A stretch of 62,888 bases of DNA, the filler included, from Choristocarpus tenellus KU-1152 (lineage: Eukaryota; Protista; Phaeophyceae), in NCBI GenBank assembly GCA_964200185.2. It is 9 parts of 9 records of this genome, joined end to end, with 100 filler letters (N's around TTAATTAATTAA, not from the genome) between each part and the next. Parts side by side here need not be neighbours in the genome. Positions count along the whole stretch, not along the records: positions 34,209 to 45,664 come from CAXNAD020002308.1; positions 45,765 to 54,688 come from CAXNAD020004192.1; 7 more parts are not named here. One strand, written 5' to 3'. Positions 36,091-47,201 of this stretch are shown here, piece after piece (position 1 is the stretch's first letter; each line of letters begins with the position of its first letter). Under the pieces are notes generated by a model. That model saw only the letters and a program-made list of their open reading frames with translations, had not been told where the DNA came from and ran no database searches. The position numbers were made by a program, and so were the translations under genes.

Positions 36091-36553
36091 CACCAGTCAG
36101 TTTGACAAAACAAAGCAACAAGATCTCCAGGATACAAGGTACACTTAAGAAATCAGGTTTACATTTCCTCAACAGCATTATAAATCATTCTGCTTATTAC
36201 CACAAAAAGCGAGTCCTATCCAAATATGCATGGAAATCACTTTATGAGATTTGCACAAAACTCTCAGCCCTATGTCTACACATTGTTAAAGAGATGAGAG
36301 ATGACAGTTCAGCACTTGGTATTTATGCTACTATACTTCTATTGTAGAACACAAGCATGACTACAAGACACACCCAACAGGATTGAAAACACTTGTCAAG
36401 ATTGCCCTGGTGATGCCATACGCACTAACCAGCTAGAATCCCCTTCTGAAAATTGTTTTCAAGTATGGGACTGATTCTGGAGACGTAGTGCTGCCAATAT
36501 TGTAGTCTACATTTGTTTCTTGCAGGAAATTGCATGGTAGAGCATATTCTCAA

Positions 36554-36810
36554 GAGCCAAAGTATCTTGGAGGGCAGGGTCACGTCCATTTGGGAGTCAA
36601 AATCCGATGTTGTGATTTTCATGTAATTTTGGCTATTGTGTTTGTTACGAAACATCAATATCGTGTTCCGCATATACCTTTTGATAACGTATAAATTTTC
36701 CTACTCAGAAACATTTTGGAGTAGGAAAAGGTCATTAAAAAACCCATGGGAAGCCAAGCTCCAAATGGACAAACAGGGCAAAACTCGTACCCTCTAAGAT
36801 ACTTTCACTT
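36554..36810 (-). mobile_element. MITE family B, reverse orientation, CAA TSD
   Basis: caa|gagccaaagtatcttggagg ... cctctaagatactttcactt|caa. Confidence 0.9.
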
Positions 36811-39229
36811 CAACATTAATTGATCACATAACAAATGTATCAATGTCACCCTCTCCCACCCTCCTTTCCTCACCTGTAAGAACCCTTCTTTCACAGATCA
36901 TGGCAACTACCTGTATACTCACCTTACAGGGAGGTAAATTTCATCCTGCCCTCTCAGCCGACAGTAAGCGGAAACCATGCGACGTACACTCACTTCCATA
37001 TTTTCCGCTTCCAGCTGAGTGGGGCAAATATACAACAGTCATGTGAATTCATACGACAAAGGAAGTAATTCACCACATTAGGTAGTTGTTAAGCAAGCGT
37101 TATACAAAAGGCATCTGCTATAAACCAGGCTTGCTGAGAAGAGTGACAAACCTCATGTGCATCTTGTCTCAAAAGCCCCGTGCATTTGAGTTGGGGTCTG
37201 GAATTTGGAGACACTGTAGAAGCTACTACCAAAATAATATGTTATGTGCGAGTGTTGCCGTCTTGATCATATTTCTCCCCATGTGTTGTTATGCTTTCAC
37301 ACCTCTACTTCTTAACCACAGTGGGCAACTAAGCCAGGGGAATCTATTTTAAGGGAAAGATTTCATACATTATAGATCATTTCAGGGCTTCCTTACGTTT
37401 CAAATAACTGGTTTCAAGTCCAAAGATTGATTACAACATTACGCACCCAAGGTCCCTTCCAATGTGCAATGTATACGAGCAAAGCTTACAGTTAAGGTAA
37501 GCAAGTACTCAATATATGCACAAAATATCACTTAGCCCGTTTATCTAGGCTTTGAAATTAGCACAAACACGTGTCAAACCCAAACAAGGTGAGTATATTT
37601 AGCCATTTCTCAATGACCAATTGACTGACAATGATGAATACTAAACACTACTATACTCTTCGAGCAGGAAAAATGTACATAGGCACTGCCACACAAACAA
37701 TTGTGGTCATCAGCAAGTATCATCAAATCCCATCTCCAACTTCCCCTTTTAATTCTAACAAGATGCTCTATCTGTAGTGGAGCAGTATGTCGTGGAAAAC
37801 AGCTGAGGGAATAGTTGGACCAGAATATGGGGGGAGGTTTGTGCTGTGTGGGAAGGCCGTGGCGTGTGATGTATTCATAATTTATGTAGAATTTTCTGTT
37901 GGCCACTCTGAACACGAAACAATGCCACAGACCCCACACCTATACACAAACACGTGACTTACCTATGCTGTATGTTTGGGCAAGGTCGTCAATGTTAAAT
38001 TTGACAAGCATGTAGATGGGTTGGAAGGAGAGGGAACCAAGTGTTGACAGTGGGTTGTGCCAAGCAAAGAATCGTTGAAGGGTGTTCATTTGCCCAGTGC
38101 ATGGATGTAGGTATCATGGTTGGAGGGATCAACTGTTTTTGATATCTGGAGCTAGTCCTGCCATACCCATATCCAGCCTGGCAATTTCATATGGGGGTCC
38201 TGAACAACAGTATGGTTTCCAAATAGAGACAGTTCTGCCATACCTACCTGCCCAGAACGGCAATCTTATTTGAAGTCCTGCACAATCACGCGTGGGGAGT
38301 ATAATAATCTAAGCATGCACAATTTAATACCTCCACTTTGCTCCGCAACAAAAAATATATACTGCATCCGAGATTTTGAAGTGGTACTGGGATTGTTGCA
38401 CTAGCAGAAGACAACTAGCATTTTTACACTACACATCCAGCTGCAAGGTATGAGTTGGGAAAATGGCCATGGTGGTAGTAATTTTAGCACTGCCTTGCAA
38501 CTCCTTCACAACAATTGCAACTATTGTTGCTCATTTAGTCCTGTGCCAGCAAGGTTCAAGATAGTGGGTGTTGGGGTGCAGGAATACTCAGTTGCATTCA
38601 ACTGACCCCTGAAGGCCAGCAGCAACATCACCCAATCGTGACATTCCATGCAGCATTACTAGGTGACGTGATTGCACATTGACCACCGTACAGCAGGATA
38701 ACATCCTACCTTCATTTCCAACTTTGATCGAGATGGAGTCTGTTGAGACTGTATGGAGCTAGAACATCAAAAGCAAGAAGTATGTGAAAGAAGTCTTACA
38801 TTTACAACATCAAACACTGTCTGCACCCTCTTCTCTTCGTCAATATATTCTCACAAGCACAACATTGCGATTCATGCCCCAGTCCCACTCCACATCCCTG
38901 TACCACAATAATATCGAAACAAAACGAACAACTATCGGCTCACCTTTATTCCATCAGCCATGTCAAGACCTCTTAAAATCTCCAAGTAAGTCATATTGTG
39001 CTGAAAAGGCTGGACAGCATCTTTGCAGTTTCAAAAGTAGCAACAAGGGGCGAAAAACTGAAGCAAAATAGTGTTGGGAGGGAAGACACAGATAGTGTAA
39101 ACAAACCACCAATTCCTCTGAATGACTGAAATATCATCAAACTTGGATTCAGAGTATCACTCATCAACACACGGGATCATAATGCACACATTGTATGAGT
39201 GTACACTACACCACATATATTATGAGTAC

Positions 39230-42200
39230 TACCCAACAGTTTTTAGCAGTAGTACAACATTAGACAAATGATGTGTTGAGAAGTATCTGGCAGTATGGCA
39301 GTACATTTCCCATACATCTGTAAGGTCTGATAACACCACTGCCATAGCAAGTCCATTGCTACAATTGGTATCAATGCGCTTGCCTATCTCACACACTGTT
39401 TTGATCAAGTCACTGTAGTAGTAAAAAATGGCTGGGATTTCTTTGAAAAGTGAATACAACCAAAAGATGATTCATCTGAGAAGAACCTGGTACAACATAT
39501 GAAGTAGGGGGTACTTGAGTGTGCAATTCAACAAATTTACAAAAGAAACGGGCAATGACCCCAAAACGATGTTTTCTAAAATACTTCCACCATCGTCATG
39601 CCTACTACATGTTCATTCACCTGGAAACCGTGTATCATAGTTGCGACCAGTTTCCTTCTCCCATGATTCAGGTCTCCTCAAATGGTAGTTATATGCTGCA
39701 ACAAGAAGAGGGCCAAGTTATTATCAAAGATTTGCACTAGAACACAACGATAATAGAAGAGATTGGAGAGTTCAAATAATATATATAGCACAGCAATGGG
39801 GACTAGTATGAATTGACCGTATAGCATCACCCAGAAAAGGCTGAACATACTGACAGTCCTGTGAGACTGAACTTCTAGAGGACAAACAATTGAGGACAGT
39901 TTTATCGTGCAATGGACTCACATTGGTCAACGCCTCTGCTTTGGAAGTCGGCTGCATATTCCTCATCCATTAAGAGGACGTATCAACCATATAACCCCAT
40001 CTATGCAGCCAAAATTACTCTTCTTACCGGTTATACTATCATTTCAACACTCTGTTAGTGGCGAGATAACTCAAAGATGAGTTGAGCTCTTCCTCACCAA
40101 AGTTTACATTCATTGCTCTTCATAGTGTTTCAATACCCTCTTACTCTTTTGTGCAGAGAGCTCGGACAGCTCTTGTATGATACTATATAAAAGATTCGAA
40201 CAATTATATGACAAGTCAGATTTTTTAACGTTCAAGAGAATAATGATAACACAGCAGTGAGCAAATGGGAACGAGTATAAGGTACTCATGACTGTCTGCT
40301 CTAACAAAACAGTGGTGTCTCGGTATTTTACATCATGAAACGTAGAGTAGTGAACATACAAAAATGCTCATGTGCGGGGCGAAGTTGGTACTGTGGATCT
40401 AACACAGAAGGATTATCCCTAGTCCACCTGTACCTCCAAGGCAGAAGATGTTGGAAAATACTTGGTTGTGCACAGAAACAATACCTACCATTGCAGAGCA
40501 AAAGCTATTAGGTGGAGAGAAAAATGTGTCTTTGTTTTGTACCTGAGAGAATTAAATCAAAAGGATTCCTGACGAAATGCACGATCTTTGCTCTACCCTG
40601 GTCCGCCTCCCCCATGGGAGTGCATTGCTCTTCAGGAGAAAAATGTGGGCAAAATGCAAAACCAACAACACTGGCACCTTTCTCCTCCTGTTTGCTGGAC
40701 ACAAAAGTGATATGGAAAGGCAAGTGCAACAATAGGAAGACATGCAATTACATACAAAGGAAATGGAAGGGGAGTTGTGTTGTGGTATTGAGTAATTTAT
40801 CTCACCAGTACAAAGCAGGAGATTCTGCCCATTGAAATACCCAGGTTTACAAGACAGCATGAGGTACTAATAGTATCCCTCACTCAAAGGAAAAAATGCA
40901 GGAAGAATGCATACCCTGATGAAATGCCACTTCCATATAGAGCACACACCTCAAATGCTCTATACCGGATCCACATGCCCACGCCCGTGGTGAATGCTGG
41001 GGCTCACCAGCTTCAATTGCAACCTTTTGGCAATATTTTTGTATGACTTTGAGTAAACGGTGTCCAAACACTGTCCCTGATTTATGCACGGATTCAAACT
41101 GTGAAAAAAAGAGGGTCAGGAGTAGAGTGAACAACGAGGCAGATAGCTGCATCACATCAAAACCGCAGGATAAACCTTTGAGGGAGGGTGTGCATTGTGA
41201 GTATCAGTGGTTTATGGGCACTGAGTCGAAGTAAACGAGAGGTATTCAGAGTTGCATTCAAGGATGCTAACAAATGTACGCAAAATTCAGCTTTTCCCCC
41301 TACAAATTCGGATATATTCTGAACTGTGTCAAGAACCTTCAAACAAACAAATCAATGCTATATAAGTCGAACTTAGGATTTCATCCATAGAAATATGGCA
41401 GAATTGCAAGAGATTCCTGAACGGCCAAAATCTGGGTACCTTTGTATACTTTGGCTCACTGTGTCACATCAGTAACAGAGGCAGACTGTCAGACCATGGC
41501 CAAGGGAATCAGGACTTGCAGGGGTGTGTTACCACCTGTTTTGGTGTGTGTGTGTTCCACCAGGAAATTATGACGAGGTCAATTATTCAAAACAGAGAGG
41601 CACAAGCTGGGTTCCAATGCCACAACACCATGGAAAACCTTGAATGTGAAGAGGTCCACTCAAGGAGTGGTTGTGCAAGCCTGCACTGCATTCTCATATA
41701 TAATTTCACTAACAATAGTCTGTTGTACCGTGTTAGGATTCTACCTGAAAAATGTGCAAAAACTAACGAATTCGGTAAGGAGTTGCTAACTCAATAGCTA
41801 GGGCAAGATCTATTGCACTAAACCATTTAATGGGGTATTATGATCTTGACCATGCAGAAGAGAATCAGGTTCCGTGTATCTAGAACGCCTTCAGTTTGAT
41901 GAAACCATGTAGTAACTCCTTTCAGATACTGTACAAACAACATATGGTAGAGCTATCCATTCAAAGCTCAGTAGGTTACTCCTGTAGTAGCACACCAGGT
42001 ATCCTGTTCGGGCTGTATGCTTTACACAGCACACGGTGACACCAAGGACACAATGCTCCCTGAGCAAGTGTTGTGTGAGCATACGAGGAGCCAAGAAAGT
42101 CCAAACAATTTCCAGAGTCAACGCATTTAAGAGGGTAGGACCGCATCCGTTTGGGGCCATAAATCCAATGTTGCGATATTGATGAATTTTGGGTATCGTT

Positions 42201-43775
42201 TTGTTAGCAAGTGTCGACATCCTTGCTCTGGACACACCTTTAATAGTTGTATACATTATAGGTAACTGTGTTTACACAGAAAACCGAAAAAGGACATAAA
42301 AACACCATGGGAAGCCAAGCCCTGAACAGACAGACAGGGCAAAACTCCAACCCTCTTAAATGCTTTGACTGAAAAACCATGTTGGGTCATTGGGGCAACA
42401 GGTGCATAATGTGTTTAGGATTGCCCTAAAATATTTCATGCCATATTCCCACAAATCAGTTGTTGAATCACCCCATTCAAAATCTAAATCATATTTCAAC
42501 CTATTTGTTCCTTTGTACATGAGTTGCAAGGGTTTCTAGCATGACTCTCCCTTGTAGTCTTGTTCTCAACAATTCCAACTTCTTAGCTCTTCTTCAAAAT
42601 GCTTTATATCTCTGAAGAATAACATCATCGACAGAAGAGTGCCTAACTATTGTACCTTCTATGGTGCATCAGAATGATCATTTTGATTTCAGGCAAAGCA
42701 GGGTTAGTAGTTAGGTGATGGGTTAATAATGCTGCAATACTGCAAACGATGACTGAAGAGTGGGCATGAGGGGGGGAGGAATTCTTGTCGCAACCAAGAT
42801 GTGAAATATAATATATCCGCAAGGAGTTGCTGCTCATCCCACAACAAAACCAGTAGATGGTTGGAGGATAGTTCGTAGCAGCTTGAAGCAATCGCTATTT
42901 TTGACTTTTCAACCTGAGGATCGGTTTGGAATACTCATGAATAGGTGCATACATGGCATGTATTTGATATGTTCAGCAGTACTTGCATGCATGACTTCGA
43001 AGCTCCAACCCCTCAAATATTCATTGCCAACTGAAAAATCAGATGGATTGCATGACTCTCACCAATGTAACTACACTGACTTTCCTTTGTATTGTGGGGA
43101 TGGAGGATGAATCGAAACAGTGATACAATGTACATTGAGCTTACCTCCACTGAAATATTTTTCCCTCCAAAGCATGTAGATGAACTGCTCTCCGGAAAAA
43201 TAAGAGGGTGCTTGGAGTAGACCTTGTAGTGATGTATTGTGTTGGTCGAAAGAAGGGCGGAGGACAGTGCCATAGCCCTGAATGCATGAGATTGTGTAGG
43301 AAAAGCATGCCACAACTGCATGGATATAGGAGAAGAGATGGTAACATCAAGTGTATCTCTCAAATGTTTTCATCAATAATAGTCCAGAGTGAAACTATCA
43401 CTGCTACTGTCACTGGATTGTGGTTGAGGGAGGGAAGCAAGATGCACAGGGAGTCTGAAATGAGACATTCAAACAATTGGGGTATGTTGTCCTTGTGCAT
43501 GTACAATAGGAAAGGACATGGGGTTGTTGCTCAAAAGTTGCTTGATGTGGGAAGGTGGTAGGTTATACACACACATACCCAAACGTCTCCTTATATATAC
43601 ACACACCCTACTACAAACAAACGCAATGCTGTTTGGAGTCACACCTTTTTGCAGTACCCTTCCTCCAGGAAAGTAGGAGCTTTTGGCCTTCCAGCCTCGA
43701 TGCTCTTAATGGTCAGCAGGAGTCCAGCAAGGGCCATCAAGGAAATATCCAGCAATTGAAGGACCCACATGCCTG
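39230..43775 (-). CDS. Sulfotransferase-like (PAPS-binding) protein, multi-exon; boundaries partly unresolved
   Basis: Exon starting at 41098: FESVHKSGTVFG (5'-PSB-like HKxGT). Exon ending ~40544: KIVHFVRNPFDLILS, joined in phase to exon ~39694-39621 AYNYHLRRPESWE (3'-PB RNP..S motif). Possible signal-anchor exon MWVLQLLDISLMALAGLLLTI at ~43775. Confidence 0.6.
41223..41457 (+). mobile_element. MITE family C with ACT TSD
   Basis: act|gagtcgaagtaaacgagagg ... tatactttggctc|act. Confidence 0.82.
42290..42370 (-). mobile_element. MITE family B fragment
   Basis: ccatgggaagccaagcc...cagggcaaaactc..accctcttaaatgctttgact. Confidence 0.7.
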
Positions 43776-45329
43776 TATAGAGCGATGACTTAGCCCTCAA
43801 TTCACAATCAATTCTACATTACTAGCAATAGAAACAGGGATGAATGTATGGAGTGCTGTAACATGTGAAAACCAGGTTAGAGCGAGGTATTGGAGGAAAA
43901 GACATGATGGTGAGTTTGCAACCTGATGCACTGGTTCATCAACAATTGACATCCTTGTATAAGGGTGGTTCTCAAGGGTTAATATTCTGCATTTTCCTTC
44001 TCTGTGATGAGACTTGGCATTGGCCGTGCTGTGCCAATAGGGCATAACTTACACATTTACTTCTGGAGTGCCGCTTATCGCTTATCGGTATCAACTCTGC
44101 ACTGTACACCTGCAAAAGATCGTCAATTTCGCCAATGACCTTGCCCCAACAATACCTATACACACATCATGTTCACCATATCAAAAATCGCTTTTAACCT
44201 TCTCAATCAAATAATCGACACTGCTCTAAACTTGTCAACTCTAGCACAGGTACGTTCACTACTCACCTCATTTATATCTCACCGTCGATATCAATTCAAA
44301 ACCACTGATCAATCCTTCAATTTGGTGATTGCGAGAGTGTGTTCCCTTCACGCTTCCATCGTCTCCTTTCCTTTCTTTCCTTGGTAACAACTGGACTAAA
44401 CGCAGAAGTCTTCCCTGCTTACACATAACGTGAACCAAGGATACTGTTTCTCGTATCGAACTTTTGGCGTGTCATTCATCAATTATAGTAGTCGCAATCG
44501 ACCCTTACATCCCACAACTTCGGAAGGTCGTGAACTTTATTTTCGACCTTGCATCAACAACAAATGAAAAGATGGTTACCACATCCACCCGCAAATTCGA
44601 TGGACAACGCAACATGTACATCTGATCGAATCATCTAACCAAACTTCTAAACAGGAGCCTCCTTCACTAAACATTTAACCCAATAAACCTATGAACCGAT
44701 CGATCAAATACAGTTACCACACAAACTTATACGTTTTCTAGTCACTGTACAACTCACAATCAACATCCGATCAAAACCACAAGTCCGACCCTTAAACTTC
44801 GATTTTTTTCACCCATAACTCTATGCGTATTGCTTCCACCAAGGAACGATAGAATCACAGAAACCTCTCCCTTCTCTGACAACTTCGCCTCCTCATCGGA
44901 ATCCGTGGTTTTTCCTTGTTTGCGGAAAACAAACCTTGAGAGTGAACTATATTACACCCACCTACAATGGATGAAGGAAATGAGAATTGAGGATGGTACA
45001 GTTTAAGAAGTTTGTGTTAGTGTGGTAGACTTAAAATATCATTTTATTAGTACAGTTATTGCATCTTTTTTTTTAATTGTCATTTGACATAACAAAAGTA
45101 AGAAGAAGCAAGGCCAACAAATCTCTTGTTTTTGTTAAATACTTGAATTATATATTACCTCAGTGCCGTAAGTCTGTGCCACGTTGTCCATAACCTTTGA
45201 AGGTGATGAAATTCATTTCTGAAATAAGATTTGGAATCCTTGACAATTTTTTGCTTAGGGTCAACTCTTTCATTATTATTACACCCCACCCGTCACAATT
45301 TCATCAGCCACAAATAAAGCCTCCATCTT

Positions 45330-45664
45330 TATCTTCGGCATGTTTTCATTTTTAGCTCACAAGACAACTGCCTCTTCCTTACCCTTGTGTGGAGCCACAC
45401 TGAAGTCATTCCCCCCTTTATATCTAAGTACTTTTTTTTGTACACCACAAAAAGGAGCTGCCAAGCCCTCTCAAGTGTAGTTTCATCATACTCCTCATAC
45501 TGTTTCTTAATGACCTTCACCATCTCCTCGACAGACCCAAACTGCTCTCCATCATCACCTGGCATTTCAAAGACCTGAAGAAGCACAGGTTCATGATATT
45601 GAGGTCGGGGGAGTTAGATGGCTGCGTCACAAGCCTAATCGACCCCCCCTCAGTCTTCCCTGCC
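45330..45664 (-). mobile_element. Tc1/mariner transposase C-terminal remnant (plant-mariner/DD39D-like), truncated by contig end
   Basis: IRLVTQPSNSPDLNIMNLCFFRSLK then, after a frameshift, SVEEMVKVIKKQYEEYDETTLERAWQLL..KGGNDFSVAPH; the QPxNSPDLN motif is diagnostic. Confidence 0.8.
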
Positions 45665-45764
45665 NNNNNNNNNNNNNNNNNNNNNNNNNNNNNNNNNNNN
45701 NNNNNNNNTTAATTAATTAANNNNNNNNNNNNNNNNNNNNNNNNNNNNNNNNNNNNNNNNNNNN

Positions 45765-46531
45765 GTCGGTAGTAAATACGCATTACTGTCGGTAGTAAAC
45801 ACAAATTACTGTCGGTAGTAAATACACATTACTTTCGGTAGTAAACACACATTACTGTCGGTAGTAAACACACATTACTGTCGGTAGTAAAAGCAACTTA
45901 CTGTCGGTAGTAAATACACATTACTTTCGGTAGTAAACACACATTACTGTCGGTAGTAAATACACATTACTGTCGGTAGTAAATACACATTACTGTCGGT
46001 AGTAAACACAAATTACTGTCGGTAGTAAATACACATTACTTTCGGTAGTAAACACAACTTACTGTCGGTAGTAAACACAAATTACTGTCGGTAGTAAATA
46101 CACATTACTTTCGGTAGTAAACACACATTACTGTCGGTAGTAAATACACATTACTGTCGGTAGTAAACACACATTACTGTCGGTAGTAAATACACATTAC
46201 TGTCGGTAGTAAACACAACTTACTGTCGGTAGTAAATACGCATTACTGTCGGTAGTAAACACAAATTACTGTCGGTAGTAAATACACATTACTTTCGGTA
46301 GTAAACACACATTACTGTCGGTAGTAAACACACATTACTGTCGGTAGTAAACACACATTACTGTCGGTAGTAAATACACATTACTTTCGGTAGTAAACAC
46401 AACTTACTGTCGGTAGTAAATACACATTACTTTCGGTAGTAAACACAACTTACTGTTGGTAGTAAACACACATTACTGTCGGTAGTAAATACACATTACT
46501 GTCGGTAGTAAACACACATTACTGTCAGTAG
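45765..46531. repeat. 23-bp tandem satellite (~33 units, open at the contig start) with palindromic core TTACT(G/T)TCGGTAGTAA
   Basis: Unit actgtcggtagtaaa(c/t)acacatt repeated in register. Confidence 0.95.
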
Positions 46532-47128
46532 CGGTGCTGGTGATGCTGGCGGTGTTTGATTAACTAGTATTAATCGAGGTTAGTAGCAGGGTGATTGTTT
46601 GGGTGGGGCAGACTCTTTGTGCACTCTTCAAGTACTCCTTAGTGACTGTCGGTGTATTGGAACTGTATCACTACAGTAAGAGTCCTGCCTCCATTACATC
46701 CAATTTCACAGTTTGCGGGAAAGTTTCAATACTTTGTCATGGTATTGCAGTTGGCTGAATGAACCCAATTCCAATTCCCATCTCAGATGATGTGACTGTG
46801 AGAATCTCCTTGAATCACCCATGATGCCTGTACGTCTTTGAAAATGTATCTGTTGGTAGTGTATCTGTCGGTAGTGGCGATGTCCGTCAGTACGAGCGTG
46901 CTGTTGTACCTGTTTGCTAAGGTATACAGTTACAAGTGATCTCTAAAGATCGTGTGCCTCTGTCTTTTCTGTTGTAAGTACTATCAATACCCTCCCCTCC
47001 CTCGCTTACCTGTACCTAACAAATTCCACCTATTATTTTTTGTTAAAACCTCATTAGTTTTTTATTTTTCAGATCCTTCTTATTTATTTTTTCTGCCTCA
47101 ACTTGAATGTTACATGAGACTGAACCTT

Positions 47129-47184
47129 TGCATTGCATTGCATTGCATTGCATTGCATTGCATTGCATTGCATTGCATTGCATT
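47129..47184. repeat. (GCATT)n microsatellite just upstream of an acceptor
   Basis: ~11 copies of gcatt ending ~17 bp before cag|GAT at 47201. Confidence 0.95.
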
Positions 47185-47201
47185 ACGATCTGCACTCACA
47201 G

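Noticed and set aside
36830-39000. Additional minus-strand exons downstream of the sulfotransferase-like gene
   Set aside because: Splice-like signals are present, but I could not build a consistent reading frame.
45765-46531. CRISPR array (palindromic repeats with variable spacers)
   Set aside because: Spacers are only 7 nt and recurrent, there are no cas genes, and the context is eukaryotic and probably intronic. It is a satellite.
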